Origin: Candidatus Cloacimonadota bacterium
Lineage (GTDB): Bacteria; Cloacimonadota; Cloacimonadia; G963667145
Length of the DNA: 64,000 bases
Assembly (NCBI GenBank): GCA_963667255.1
Contig: OY762940.1
Location: forward strand, 576,001-640,000
Direction: 5' to 3'
Below, in pieces: positions 1 through 10,215 of the stretch. The position numbers and the translations under genes are program-made. Numbering within the stretch: the stretch's first letter is position 1; each line of letters opens with the position of its first letter. The notes under the pieces were generated by a model. It was not told where the DNA came from. It was given only the letters and a program-made list of their open reading frames with translations, and made no database searches.

Positions 1-256
1 CGGCACAGCACCGAGAGCCAAGCTAAAGAATCCGATAATGTATGGCAAAACGGGTTCAGCCCAAAATCATGTTAGCGATTTGCCCCATGTTTGGTTTGCA
101 GGATATTGCCGATACAAAGACCCCACTTATCCTACGCTGGCTTATATAGTTATGTTTGAAAATCGAGACGGGGGAGGAGGCTCTATTGCTGCTCCTGTTG
201 CCGCTCGGATTATTAGTGAATACACCAATATTTTGAGAGAAAGAAGGAAAAAATGA
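1..256 (+). CDS. mrdA: Penicillin-binding protein 2, C-terminal fragment (5' end outside window)
   Basis: KTG transpeptidase motif (GKTGSAQN), HVWFAGY and GGGGSIAAPVA. Directly upstream of and overlapping rodA. Confidence 0.85.
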   Translation, partial: GTAPRAKLKNPIMYGKTGSAQNHVSDLPHVWFAGYCRYKDPTYPTLAYIVMFENRDGGGGSIAAPVAARIISEYTNILRERRKK

Positions 257-1473
257 GAGGATTTTTTGACACCAGAAAATTGGATTTGCCCCTTTTTATT
301 CTGTATATTTTGCTTCTTGTCATAGGTTGGTTGGCAATCTATAGTGCCACTTACCACGCTTCTTTGGCACAACAAACACCTTTGGACAAATTATACATCA
401 AACAAGCTTTTTGGATAATATTTTCCGGCTTGGTTGTTGTGGGCATTTTGAAAACGCCTATGCGGTATCTGGAGATGTTTCCCAAGAGTATTTTCATCTT
501 TTCCGTCATCTTGTTGATAGCAGTATTTATGTTTCCGGCTGTCAAAGGCTCTCATCGCTGGATAAGGTTCTCGGGCTTTCAGTTTCAGCCTTCGGAGTTG
601 ATGAAAATAGGGTTTATCTTGTATGGAGCGAAGCTATTGACAGATGCCAAAAACTTGGTCGAGATAGTGTGGAAATGGGCTTTGCTTCTCGTTTTGACCA
701 CTGGACTCATCGTGATAGAGCCAAACCTCAGTGCGACACTGGTCTACTTCTTCATCTCCTTTGTAATGCTCAGCTTTTCCCGAATACCATTCTGCTATTT
801 GGTATCAGTTTTAGCACCTTTTTTTAGTGTCGTTTTCATAACAAACATTTGGCTGTTCTTTGTCTATTTCGCTTTTATCGCCTATTACCTGTTTCGCCAT
901 ACGGATTTGTCCATTGTGAAAAGAAGTATCTCTGTTTTGCTTATTTTGTTTGTTTATTTCAATATTCCAGTCGCTTGGAATTTGCTGAAGGATTATCAAA
1001 AAAATCGTATTTTGGTTTTCTTGGATCCGAGTTTAGACCCTCTCGGAGCGGGATATCAGATTATCCAGTCCAAGATAGCCATCGGTTCTGGCGAGATTTT
1101 TGGCAAGGGCTATATGCAGGGAACACAGAAGAATTTACGATTTCTCCCCGAGAGTCACAACGATTTTATCTTTTCCACTCTTTGTGAGGAAACTGGTTTT
1201 TTGGGAGCATTTTTTCTTTTGCTAATCTATTTTTTATTTTTTTGGCGAATTATTTACTTGACGAGTAATCAGAAGGATGGGAATAGATTTTTGGTTAGTG
1301 TAGGGTTTCTATCTTTTTTGTTTTATCAGTTTTTGGTAAATATTGGTATGACATTGGGGTTGCTACCCTCCACGGGAGTTCCGTTGCCTCTCTTGAGTTA
1401 CGGAGGCTCCAACTTACTGATAGTATCGATTGCGGTTGCGTATTTGATAAAAAAATCAGAATATAGTAGTTGA
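253..1473 (+). CDS. rodA: Rod shape-determining SEDS glycosyltransferase RodA
   Basis: GSHRW, FQPSELMK, YQKNRI..FLDP..DPLGAGYQIIQSKIAIGSG, LPESHNDFIF, GVPLPLLSYGGS. Follows PBP2. Confidence 0.95.
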   Translation: MRGFFDTRKLDLPLFILYILLLVIGWLAIYSATYHASLAQQTPLDKLYIKQAFWIIFSGLVVVGILKTPMRYLEMFPKSIFIFSVILLIAVFMFPAVKGSHRWIRFSGFQFQPSELMKIGFILYGAKLLTDAKNLVEIVWKWALLLVLTTGLIVIEPNLSATLVYFFISFVMLSFSRIPFCYLVSVLAPFFSVVFITNIWLFFVYFAFIAYYLFRHTDLSIVKRSISVLLILFVYFNIPVAWNLLKDYQKNRILVFLDPSLDPLGAGYQIIQSKIAIGSGEIFGKGYMQGTQKNLRFLPESHNDFIFSTLCEETGFLGAFFLLLIYFLFFWRIIYLTSNQKDGNRFLVSVGFLSFLFYQFLVNIGMTLGLLPSTGVPLPLLSYGGSNLLIVSIAVAYLIKKSEYSS

Positions 1474-1487
1474 TTAAGGAGACTAAA

Positions 1488-1745
1488 ATGAGTTTTGTTT
1501 ACAAAAAGGACGATTTTTGCATTCCTGTGACCAAGGCTTGCAGTAGATCAGAGGTTGAGTTTATCGTTAAAGATTTTATCAACAAGAAGATTACTTTTTG
1601 CCTTGGAGGAGATGAAGAAGAGACGGAAATTTGGCGTCAAGCCGGAGATAGAGATTTGGATTGCATCAAGAAAAAAGGTTCGCCGGACAATCCTGTAGCT
1701 GTTTATGTAGATGGAGTTAAGCAAGAAGATTATACTATCGGCTAA
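1488..1745 (+). CDS. Small hypothetical protein
   Basis: AAGGAG RBS before ATG at 1488. Fills the gap in a co-oriented operon. No motif recognised. Confidence 0.65.
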   Translation: MSFVYKKDDFCIPVTKACSRSEVEFIVKDFINKKITFCLGGDEEETEIWRQAGDRDLDCIKKKGSPDNPVAVYVDGVKQEDYTIG

Positions 1746-1751
1746 TTTCAG

Positions 1752-2318
1752 GTGAAATTTTATATTTCATTCTTGTGCCTTACTCTGTTTTATAGTTTTT
1801 CATGGGCTCACCCACACATTTGGGTTGAGTCCAGTTTGATTTTGACTCTCAAGGACGATTCTGTGGGCGAGTTGCAAAATAGTTGGAGCTTTGACCCGAT
1901 GTTCAGCAGTATCATTTTTGAAGATTACGATGCCAATCATGACGGCAAATTCACCCAAAATGAGATTGCAACGATTGAGAAAGAGGCTTTTGCAAATCTC
2001 AAGAATTTCGATTTTTATTCCTATGTGTTCGTAGATGGGGTAAAGAAATCTGTCAGATATTCCGATTTTAGTGTGGTGGCAGACGGAGAAAAGGTTGTTT
2101 ACTCATTCAAAATACTGTTCAACTACTCTCCGAACCCAAACTCTACTCTGCTCTTTGCCACATACGACCCGACAATTTTTACCGATTTGCTTTTGGTGGA
2201 CGATCCATTAGTGATTTTGCCCGATGGTTACAGATACACCATGAGTTACAAAAAAGATGTGATTTTGGACGACATTGAGTTTCCCAGCATGGTTAGATTG
2301 GAGGTAGGGAAGCAATGA
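1752..2318 (+). CDS. DUF1007 family periplasmic metal-binding protein (ZevA-like)
   Basis: Signal peptide then AHPHIWV, W.FD.MFS, EF-hand-like DANHDGKF and YDPT.F. Confidence 0.85.
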   Translation: MKFYISFLCLTLFYSFSWAHPHIWVESSLILTLKDDSVGELQNSWSFDPMFSSIIFEDYDANHDGKFTQNEIATIEKEAFANLKNFDFYSYVFVDGVKKSVRYSDFSVVADGEKVVYSFKILFNYSPNPNSTLLFATYDPTIFTDLLLVDDPLVILPDGYRYTMSYKKDVILDDIEFPSMVRLEVGKQ

Positions 2319-3160
2319 AAAGGCTAATTCTTGCGGTTATGATTTTCTCCTTTTTTGCTTCTATTTATGCGTCCAATCCTTTTTTTGCAGGGAAGAAGAA
2401 CCCCTCGACTGACAAGACGGAAGTTTTGACGACCAGCAAAGCTTTTTTGTCGCTGATGAAGTTGCAACGGGAGCTAAATCAAAAAATTGTTGTCGCCAGC
2501 AAAAAGGTAAAAGAGGACTGGAAATCTCTGTTCCCGCTAATTTTCTTGGTGTTTGCTTACGGAGTTATTCATGCCATTGGTCCGGGTCACGGAAAAGTTT
2601 TTTCGATTTTTTATTTTATGTCCGAAAAGGTCACGATTGCCAGAGGGATTTTGCTCAGTATGATTGTCGGTTTTTTCCACGGACTTATGGGAGTTTTGCT
2701 GGTTGTTTTTCTCAAGTATATTCTGCAAATTTACAGCTACTTGTTGCAACAAAATGTTTCGTTGGTAATCCAGCGGGTGTCGTTCTTTTTAATTTCGTTG
2801 CTGGGATTGTATTTTTTTGTCAGGAAGTTTGCGAAGAGGAGTAGCAACGATGTTGAACAGAAAGGCGGAATTGCTTTGGCTTTTTCCGTATCGATGGTGC
2901 CTTGCCCTGGGGTAGTGATGATTATGCTGTTTTGCATCTCCAACGATGCGTTGCCTTTGGGATTGCTCTTGAGCGGATTTATGAGCTTGGGAATGGCTTT
3001 GACGATAGCGAGCGTAGGATTGTTGGTTTTGAATTTGAGAAAGCTCTCTTTTACCGTTTCCAATTTTTCGATATTTGATAAAATCCGAGTTTCGTTCGAT
3101 TATTTTTTTGCTTTTTTATTGTTTCTTTACGGAACGATTCTATTTATTGGTAGCTTGTAA
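2315..3160 (+). CDS. Nickel/cobalt transporter, RcnA/NiCoT-like (ZevB-like)
   Basis: YGVIHAIGPGHGK and MVPCPG motifs, multiple TM helices. Coupled to the DUF1007 gene. Confidence 0.85.
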   Translation: MKRLILAVMIFSFFASIYASNPFFAGKKNPSTDKTEVLTTSKAFLSLMKLQRELNQKIVVASKKVKEDWKSLFPLIFLVFAYGVIHAIGPGHGKVFSIFYFMSEKVTIARGILLSMIVGFFHGLMGVLLVVFLKYILQIYSYLLQQNVSLVIQRVSFFLISLLGLYFFVRKFAKRSSNDVEQKGGIALAFSVSMVPCPGVVMIMLFCISNDALPLGLLLSGFMSLGMALTIASVGLLVLNLRKLSFTVSNFSIFDKIRVSFDYFFAFLLFLYGTILFIGSL

Positions 3161-3183
3161 GATAAGAGATTTATGGAGATTAT

Positions 3184-3816
3184 ATGAGAAGATTTTTGCG
3201 AGACCCGCTGAGTGGTTTTACCCATTTTGTCGGATTTGGATTAGCCATTTGGGCTTTGGTGATGTTGCTCATCCGCCCGCATAACACGGCAATGAGTTAT
3301 ACATCTCTATCCATTTTCGGCTCGGGAATGATATTGCTGTATCTATTCAGCACGCTTTATCATTGGTTACCTTTGCGGGAGAGAGGAGTGAGGATTTTTC
3401 GCAAAATAGACCACATTATGATTTTTGTTTTTATTGCTGCGTCTTACACACCTATTTGCTTATTGTCGTTGCAAGGAGGTTGGGGTTGGACTATCTTCGG
3501 TATCTGCTGGGGATTGGTAGTTTTCGGAGTTTTTTTGAAAATATTTTGGCTCTCCGCTCCGAGGTGGCTTTATACAGGCATTTATTTGGCGATGGGTTGG
3601 ATTGTGGTGATTGCCATTAAAAAGGTAATAGCGAATATTCCCCCAAAGGGTCTCATTTTGCTGCTTTTGGGCGGAATTTTCTATTCGCTCGGAGCAGTGA
3701 TTTATGCACTGAAGAAGCCCAACTTTAAGATTTTCGGGTTTCACGAAATTTGGCATATTTTTGTGATGCTGGGGAGTTTTTCCCATTTCTATATGATTTA
3801 TTATTTTGTGTATTAG
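3184..3816 (+). CDS. Hemolysin III / PAQR family membrane protein (TrhA-like)
   Basis: STLYHW, RKIDHIMIF..IAASYTP, YLAMGW, GFHEIWHIFV. Confidence 0.92.
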   Translation: MRRFLRDPLSGFTHFVGFGLAIWALVMLLIRPHNTAMSYTSLSIFGSGMILLYLFSTLYHWLPLRERGVRIFRKIDHIMIFVFIAASYTPICLLSLQGGWGWTIFGICWGLVVFGVFLKIFWLSAPRWLYTGIYLAMGWIVVIAIKKVIANIPPKGLILLLLGGIFYSLGAVIYALKKPNFKIFGFHEIWHIFVMLGSFSHFYMIYYFVY

Positions 3817-3866
3817 TGGTTGCCAAGAGCAATGATTTTGGTTTATAAGAGAGTAAGGAGAAAAAG

Positions 3867-4394
3867 ATGAAATACGATATTGTTGAGATGTTGAGCGTAG
3901 AGACTATAGCCAAGCGAGTCAAAGAGTTGGGGCAAGAAATAAGTAACAGCTACAAGGGGAAGGAGTTGATTTTGGTTGGACTTTTGCGTGGCTCTGTAAT
4001 TTTTTTGTCGGATTTGGTCAGAGAGCTTGATTTGGATGCGAAACTCGATTTTATGGTTGTCTCCAGCTATGGCAACGATATGGAATCGTCTCGAGATGTA
4101 AAAATTCTCAAAGATTTGGAAGAGCAAATCGAGGGGAAATCCGTGTTGATAGTGGAAGATATCATCGACACAGGGTTCACTCTGAAAAAAGTCGCCAAAA
4201 TTTTGAAACTGAGAAAGCCTGAATCTTTGAAAATCTGCACTTTGCTGGATAAGCCTGAACGGCGATTGGTGGATGTGGAAGTCGATTATGTTGGGTTCAA
4301 AATTCCCGATGAGTTCGTAGTCGGCTACGGCATAGATTACGCCCAAAGCCACAGAAATTTACCCTTCGTGGGCAAGGTCGTTCCGAAAGATTAA
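3867..4394 (+). CDS. hpt: Hypoxanthine phosphoribosyltransferase
   Basis: [26 protein letters not shown] motif, FVVGYGIDY. Confidence 0.96.
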   Translation: MKYDIVEMLSVETIAKRVKELGQEISNSYKGKELILVGLLRGSVIFLSDLVRELDLDAKLDFMVVSSYGNDMESSRDVKILKDLEEQIEGKSVLIVEDIIDTGFTLKKVAKILKLRKPESLKICTLLDKPERRLVDVEVDYVGFKIPDEFVVGYGIDYAQSHRNLPFVGKVVPKD

Positions 4395-4413
4395 TTTTCC
4401 CGGAAAAAAAATT

Positions 4414-4444
4414 ATGGGTGGCTACTTTTACTGTAACCACCCAT
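4414..4444. terminator. Probable bidirectional intrinsic terminator between convergent hpt and methyltransferase genes
   Basis: ATGGGTGG...CCACCCAT inverted repeat with an A run before and a T-rich stretch after. Confidence 0.65.
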
Positions 4445-4464
4445 TTAATTTAACTTGATATTTT

Positions 4465-5088
4465 TCACTTACGAAAAATTATCCATAAGCCTCGCTCGTC
4501 ATTTATCATCTCAAACTTTATCCCCAAAGTCTTAACGATTCCTGCGATAAACTCTCCAGATTGCTCAACTTTAATTTTTTTTATTTTGTCTTCCCAACTC
4601 TTTCCCGAGTGTTCCAGCATTTTCAAATGAATCTCTTCTTGCAGTTTGCCACTACCAAAACCGCATCCGAAATATGCAAGACCGCCTTTGGACAAAACCC
4701 GATAAATTTCGGAAAAGGCTTTTTGTTTATTCCGCCAAAACCAGAGGGAGCCTCTGCTTATTACCAAGTCAACGGAATTGTCGTCCAAAGGGATATCCTC
4801 AACATTAGCAAGGAGATAGGAGAATTTGTCACCGTAATTTTGCTCTTTGGCAATCGCTATAGCCTCAGGGTCAACATCCAGCAAGATGAATCTCATATCT
4901 TTGGCTTGTTTGGAAACCGCATCTGCCAAAAATCCTCCCGAACTTCCCAAGTCCAGACACAAGCCTTCGCTAAACCCTGCTTTATCAAGAATTTGCCCTG
5001 CTAATAAATCGTAGCAAGGCAAAAAAATTTGAGAAGCTATCTCATGGAAGCCTCTTGCCCCTTTTTCCATATCCTTGTCTTCAAACAT
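4465..5088 (-). CDS. Class I SAM-dependent methyltransferase
   Basis: CLDLGSSGG motif I, ANVEDIPLDDNSVDLVISRGS..FW, EIYRVL..GG. Confidence 0.9.
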   Translation of the reverse strand: MFEDKDMEKGARGFHEIASQIFLPCYDLLAGQILDKAGFSEGLCLDLGSSGGFLADAVSKQAKDMRFILLDVDPEAIAIAKEQNYGDKFSYLLANVEDIPLDDNSVDLVISRGSLWFWRNKQKAFSEIYRVLSKGGLAYFGCGFGSGKLQEEIHLKMLEHSGKSWEDKIKKIKVEQSGEFIAGIVKTLGIKFEMINDERGLWIIFRK

Positions 5089-5091
5089 ACA

Positions 5092-6150
5092 TTACTTTAC
5101 AATACTCTCTGCCAAAATTTCATCAATCTCATTATAGGTTAACTCTCTATGATAAAACAGTTTATAAAATTTCTTTACTTCAGTTTTTACATCGAAATCA
5201 AAATACTCCGGATAGAGTAAGTTGGATAACCAAATAATCCCCAAAAAGCGATTGATAGAAGGAGGGCGATTCACAAAATTATAAGGCGTATTGGGAACTC
5301 TGTAAACTTTTTTATTCTTCAAAGCATCAATTTTTTGCCATGGAGAACTTTTAAAAATTTCAGAATAAAAATCCATTCCCGGTCCACAACCTTTATCCCC
5401 GCAAATCAAAACTACTTCCGGATTCCACTTTATCACTTGCTCGATATTTACGGTAGCTCTGCCATATCCTTTCAGTTCATCCGCTTTGGCGACATTGATA
5501 GCCCCCACATAAGAGATAACTTCTGAACTCAAAGAGCCAGCCGGATCGGTTTGCAAGCCATCTACACCATCGGCATAATACAATCTAATTTTCTTTTCAT
5601 CAGGAATTCTTTTTGTGACCATTTTGGTGCGGTCTAATAAATCTTGGACATACTCTGCCAGAACAGTAGCTTTCTCTTCTTCGTTAAAAATTTCGCCCAA
5701 TTTCTTGTATGTCTCAGCCGTTTTTTCCAAGGACAAACTCAAAAGCAATACAGGGATACCAAGTTTTTCTTCCATACGGTCGGCGTTGGAAATAGTTAAT
5801 TCGTCAATGTCTCCAATCGATATAACCAATTCGCAACCTTCCTTCAAAATCATCTCATAGTTTGTATTGTCTCTTTTCCCAAACTTGCCACCCAGCACAG
5901 GCAACCCTTGATAATATTTACTGGTAAATCTTTTCTCTTCTTCGCTCAGAGTCCAGTTGAGTCCGCCTAATTTCCTCTCGTTCAGAGAGTAGATAATCAA
6001 TGTTCCTAACGGACTTGAAGAATAAATTTTGTTTACATTTTGGGGAATCTCCCTCGTTCTACCTGCATCGTCAGTAAATTCTCTTCCCTTGGCAAACAAA
6101 CAAACAAAACTTGATAATATCAAAATCATCAAAATTACTTTTCTTTTCAT
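5092..6150 (-). CDS. ABC transporter substrate-binding protein, FecB/BtuF (Peripla_BP_2) family
   Basis: Signal peptide, FTDDAGR.., EQVIKWNPEV, W..IDALKN.KVY, RPPSINRFLG..WL..LLYPEYF. Confidence 0.9.
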   Translation of the reverse strand: MKRKVILMILILSSFVCLFAKGREFTDDAGRTREIPQNVNKIYSSSPLGTLIIYSLNERKLGGLNWTLSEEEKRFTSKYYQGLPVLGGKFGKRDNTNYEMILKEGCELVISIGDIDELTISNADRMEEKLGIPVLLLSLSLEKTAETYKKLGEIFNEEEKATVLAEYVQDLLDRTKMVTKRIPDEKKIRLYYADGVDGLQTDPAGSLSSEVISYVGAINVAKADELKGYGRATVNIEQVIKWNPEVVLICGDKGCGPGMDFYSEIFKSSPWQKIDALKNKKVYRVPNTPYNFVNRPPSINRFLGIIWLSNLLYPEYFDFDVKTEVKKFYKLFYHRELTYNEIDEILAESIVK

Positions 6151-6168
6151 ACATTTTCTCCTTTAATT

Positions 6169-6942
6169 TTACATAATAGGCATACAGCTTCGATAAACTT
6201 TGCCGTCAACCTCAAAATCCATAATCTTCACGGTAATTCCGTAAATTTTCTCCATATTCTCCTCGGTAATCACAAGGCTGGCTTTGTCGTAACAAATCAA
6301 AGAACCTTCATAAATCAAGGCAACTTTGGACGGACAAAGGAAAGCGTGATTGGGGAAATGCGAAGTCATGATGATAGTTCTCCCTTGAATTGAGAGTTCG
6401 TTAATTTTATTCAAAATCTTTATCTGATTGCCAAAATCAAGATTGGAAGTCGGTTCGTCCAAAACCAAAATGTCAGTTTGTTGGGTCAGCACCCGAGCAA
6501 TGAGAGCCATCTGTCGCTCTCCACCACTGATTTGGTTGTAGTTGCGGTCTTTCAAATGAGCGATGCCCATCATCTCCAAAGAGTTCTCGGCAATTTCATA
6601 ATCTTCGGCAGAGGGCGATGAGAAAAATCCCAAATGACTGTTTCTGCCCATTACCACTACATCCAACACGGGAAAAGCAAACGGAGTGTTGTGAGCCTGT
6701 GGAACATAGCCGATTTTTCTAGCAATCTCCCGTCGTTTGCAATCGCACATACTCATATCGCCAAGGTAAATTTCGCCTTGATGTATTTTGAGGAAGCCCA
6801 AAATAGTCTTGAAATAAGTGGTCTTTCCTGCACCGTTGGGACCAAGCACACAAACGATTTCGCCCTTTTCCACCTTCATGTTGATATTTTCCAAGACAGT
6901 TTTATTCCCATAACCGCAGAATAGATTGTTTACTCTTAGCAT
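6169..6942 (-). CDS. Iron-complex/cobalamin-type ABC transporter ATPase
   Basis: GPNGAGKT Walker A, ISGGERQ signature, LDEPTSNLD, SH switch. Confidence 0.95.
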   Translation of the reverse strand: MLRVNNLFCGYGNKTVLENINMKVEKGEIVCVLGPNGAGKTTYFKTILGFLKIHQGEIYLGDMSMCDCKRREIARKIGYVPQAHNTPFAFPVLDVVVMGRNSHLGFFSSPSAEDYEIAENSLEMMGIAHLKDRNYNQISGGERQMALIARVLTQQTDILVLDEPTSNLDFGNQIKILNKINELSIQGRTIIMTSHFPNHAFLCPSKVALIYEGSLICYDKASLVITEENMEKIYGITVKIMDFEVDGKVYRSCMPIM

Positions 6943-7982
6943 CAGAAATTTTCCTTTTTGTTGTTGAACAACAGATAGAGGAAAAATGGTCCTCCGATGA
7001 GAGAGGTTAAAATGCCCAAGGGAATCTCTACAGCCGCTACATTTCTCGCAAAATTATCTACTATCAGGAGGAATACACTCCCCAATAAGCCGGAGGCAGG
7101 TATTACATATTTGTAATTTTGCCCTACTATGTATCTGCACATATGGGGCACTATTAGTCCTATCCAGCCTATCATTCCGCAAATGGAGATAGATGCTGCC
7201 GTTAGCAAGGTCGTTCCAAAAATTATAACAAGTCTAAGTGAAAATGTCGATATTCCCATCGATTTTGCTTCATCATCGCCAAAAGCCAGCAGATTGATTT
7301 TCCAGCGAAGCAAAATTAGAGGGACAAAGCCGATTGCAAGCGGGATAGTTATCAAATAGATATCCAAAGCGGTCACCGAGGACAGAGAGCCCATCAGCCA
7401 AAAAACTATCGTGGGAAGTTTGCTGTTTGGGTCAGCGACATATTTTATCAGAGAGACAAAAGCGGTAAATAGACTGCTCACCACCATTCCCGTGAGAATC
7501 ATCGTCAAAGTTATATCGCCCTTTTTTGCGAGGAAGTGACTGCCAAAGAAAGTTATGAGCACAGCTATCAGCCCGAAAATGAAAGCACTTATTTGGATAA
7601 AAAGGAAATTGAAAGAGAAAAGTATTCCCAGTGCCGCTCCAAAGCCTGAACCTGCTGCAGCCCCTAATATATTCGGGGAGACCATTGGATTGCGAAACAC
7701 TCCCTGACTGGCGGCTCCCGCCATAGACAGAGCACCACCCACCAGCATTGCTGCTATTACCCTCGGCAATCTCACAGACAAAACAACAGCCTGAAAGACA
7801 TCACTTGCCTCGTTGTGCAATATCCCCAATTTGCCGAGAAGCACTCTCATCACATCTACAGGCGAAATGTAAAACCTACCCAAAGCCAAAGACGCAAAGA
7901 AGACGATTATCAGCACTACAAAAATAATCGTTATTTTGACTTCGGGCGAGTTTCTATTTAGGGATTCCCCTTTTTTAGTCAT
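6942..7982 (-). CDS. FecCD/BtuC family ABC permease
   Basis: RLPRVIAA..VG..L..AG...QGVFRNP, FWLMGS, GDDEAKSMG, IGWIGL.VPH. Confidence 0.95.
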   Translation of the reverse strand: MTKKGESLNRNSPEVKITIIFVVLIIVFFASLALGRFYISPVDVMRVLLGKLGILHNEASDVFQAVVLSVRLPRVIAAMLVGGALSMAGAASQGVFRNPMVSPNILGAAAGSGFGAALGILFSFNFLFIQISAFIFGLIAVLITFFGSHFLAKKGDITLTMILTGMVVSSLFTAFVSLIKYVADPNSKLPTIVFWLMGSLSSVTALDIYLITIPLAIGFVPLILLRWKINLLAFGDDEAKSMGISTFSLRLVIIFGTTLLTAASISICGMIGWIGLIVPHMCRYIVGQNYKYVIPASGLLGSVFLLIVDNFARNVAAVEIPLGILTSLIGGPFFLYLLFNNKKENF

Positions 7983-7993
7983 CTATAAAATTT

Positions 7994-8890
7994 TTACAAA
8001 TTCCATACTAATTTCACAAAGAGTTTGAAATCTGGTTCCAAATCATTATCATCATAATATCTGTATATAGGGAATTCCACACTAAGATCATAGCTTAAGT
8101 CAGAGGTTACTCTGCCACCAAGACCAACGAGCCACCCGATAGTTGAGCTGCCATCATTTTGGGTTACACCGTAAGTTTTACTATCTGCAACAACCTCTCC
8201 AGTAAGTTCGGTTTTTATGCTTACAAAATTTTCTAAATATCTAGTATAAGACAAAATCCAACCCCACTCATCTCCGTCTTTATAGCCATAACAACCCTCT
8301 GAAAGAGCTATTCTATAAGTGTTGGAAACAAAAAACATATTATCTCCGAACTCTTTCCTCAATTTCAACTCCAACATATTGGCAAAAGCTCCGGAACCAA
8401 GATCCAGTACACCTGGCTTATTAAATACTGAAGAAGATACATGAGTATGTCCTGTCGGTAAAGTGACACTATAATAGGCTGCTAAAGCCCAAGGATCTTT
8501 TTTCTTTTGAGCCCATAGCCCATATTGGAAAAAAATCATCATATCAGCTAAGCCAAAATTGTCATCTTTCCCAAAGCTCGCCTCAGATATTTTCTTCACA
8601 ACAGGAATTTGAAGTTTGATGTCAAAATTGTGCCCAAGCCCACGACGGATCATCAGATTTTCTCTAATCATTGTTGTTTCCCAATCATTACGCTCAATTC
8701 CTCTAGTGGAACCTTCATAATAGTGTATTTTCTTGAAATACATAGTCTTGGAAACAATAATCATCTTCCCTTTGGGTAAAATCAACCCTCTAAAATAGTT
8801 AGGGGTTCTTTTGCCTCCCGTTTCCTCTGCCAGCAAAATTTGGCAGAGTCCCATTGCTACAAAAATAAACACACATAAGATTTTCTTCAT
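7994..8890 (-). CDS. Putative outer-membrane channel (COG4313 / MetA-pathway of phenol degradation-like beta barrel)
   Basis: Signal peptide, FGLADM, VTLPTG, DLGSGA, amphipathic strands with an aromatic C-terminus. First gene of the ABC operon. Confidence 0.6.
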   Translation of the reverse strand: MKKILCVFIFVAMGLCQILLAEETGGKRTPNYFRGLILPKGKMIIVSKTMYFKKIHYYEGSTRGIERNDWETTMIRENLMIRRGLGHNFDIKLQIPVVKKISEASFGKDDNFGLADMMIFFQYGLWAQKKKDPWALAAYYSVTLPTGHTHVSSSVFNKPGVLDLGSGAFANMLELKLRKEFGDNMFFVSNTYRIALSEGCYGYKDGDEWGWILSYTRYLENFVSIKTELTGEVVADSKTYGVTQNDGSSTIGWLVGLGGRVTSDLSYDLSVEFPIYRYYDDNDLEPDFKLFVKLVWNL

Positions 8891-9152
8891 CTCTTTCTCC
8901 TTATTTTAGGTTTTTGGTATTTTTATAAAATATAACGGGGAGAGAGAAGAAAAAAAACCGTCTTTGACCCCCGATTTATTTTATTACCACGCCATTCCTT
9001 GCAAAGATATTGAGAAGTGTCAACAAATTTTTTGGAAATAGAAAGGAAATGCTTATCAGTGTAAATATCCTTGAAAAAAGCAATTTACGATTGACAGAAC
9101 ATCTGCCCTGATTTTCTTTGAGGAGAATTTATTTTGGAGGAGGACTGACAAT

Positions 9153-9971
9153 ATGGTTAAAAATGTTTTGAACACAGCTAATGTTCTGCAATCGCGAGGG
9201 AAAGAGTTTGTTCTCGCTACTATTGTTGAGGGAGCCAGTGGTTCTCCCGGTAAAGCCGGCTTTAAGCTTATCTATCTCCCTGATGGTAAAACCAATGGCA
9301 CTCTTGGAGGTGGCAAGTTAGAGTTTGATAGCATTGCTATCTGTAAAGAGACTTTGAAAACCAAGGTAAACTCTTTGTCTTCTTTTGAGCTTACCGAAGA
9401 CAAACTGGGTATGGCTTGTGGAGGAAAGGTCAAAATTTTCTTTGAATATTTTGCACCTATGAAAATTTTTTACCTTTTCGGTTGCGGGCATTTGTGCCAA
9501 GCACTTTCTCCTATTTTGAGCACCTTGGGGTTCAAATTGGTGGCTATTGACAATCGCAGAGACTATGCTGTAAAAGAGAGATTGCCTTTTGTTGACGAAG
9601 TGGTTTGTGAGGATTATGTGGAGTTTTTGGATAAATTGCAAATCCAAGATAATGATGCGGTGGCTATATTCACTCATGGGCACTCACACGATCATGAGAT
9701 AGTGGAAAAAATATACAGTAAAGGTTTTGACGGGAAATACATTGGCTTGATAGGAGCTGCAGGAAAAGTTGCTACTTCTCTGAGGAAACTGAATATAAAA
9801 AAAGGTGATCCTTTTTTGAAGAAATTTTACAGTCCGATAGGCTTGAACATTGCTGAGACGACTACTGCGGAGATAGCTGTGGCTATTGCTGCGGAGGTGT
9901 TGGCTGTGTATAATGGAGTTGAGAAGATAACTTCATTTTGTGGTAAATTGGACAAATATTTAGATGATTAA
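9153..9971 (+). CDS. xdhC: XdhC/CoxI family molybdoenzyme maturation factor
   Basis: GSPGKAG.K, GTLGGGKLE, GMACGG, FGCGH, THGH.HD, YIGLIG, SPIGLNI, EIAVAIAAE. Confidence 0.9.
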   Translation: MVKNVLNTANVLQSRGKEFVLATIVEGASGSPGKAGFKLIYLPDGKTNGTLGGGKLEFDSIAICKETLKTKVNSLSSFELTEDKLGMACGGKVKIFFEYFAPMKIFYLFGCGHLCQALSPILSTLGFKLVAIDNRRDYAVKERLPFVDEVVCEDYVEFLDKLQIQDNDAVAIFTHGHSHDHEIVEKIYSKGFDGKYIGLIGAAGKVATSLRKLNIKKGDPFLKKFYSPIGLNIAETTTAEIAVAIAAEVLAVYNGVEKITSFCGKLDKYLDD

Positions 9972-10005
9972 TTTAGAATACTGGAAGTATTAAGGAGATA
10001 GAAAA

Positions 10006-10203
10006 ATGGCTGGAAAAAAAGGCGGAAAAGCCAAACTTGCTCACGAAGCAAAAGGATCAGGGAAATCTATTTGTCCTGTTTGCAATAGTGAGATTAAGCA
10101 AATTAAATTTATAAAATCAAAAATTTCTGACAAAGGTGGTTGGTCTCCCAACTATGTGATGGAAAATGTGTGCAAATGCAACGAAAATGAGCTTTTGAAG
10201 TAG
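10006..10203 (+). CDS. Small basic Cys-containing (zinc-ribbon-like) hypothetical protein
   Basis: AAGGAG RBS, CPVC...CKC, Lys-rich N-terminus. Confidence 0.75.
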   Translation: MAGKKGGKAKLAHEAKGSGKSICPVCNSEIKQIKFIKSKISDKGGWSPNYVMENVCKCNENELLK

Positions 10204-10215
10204 GAATATTTTTTT

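Noticed and set aside
8891..9152. Cobalamin or Moco riboswitch upstream of the ABC operon
   Set aside because: No B12-box or conserved core recognised; only a weak CGGGG...CCCCG pairing. An Rfam scan would settle it.
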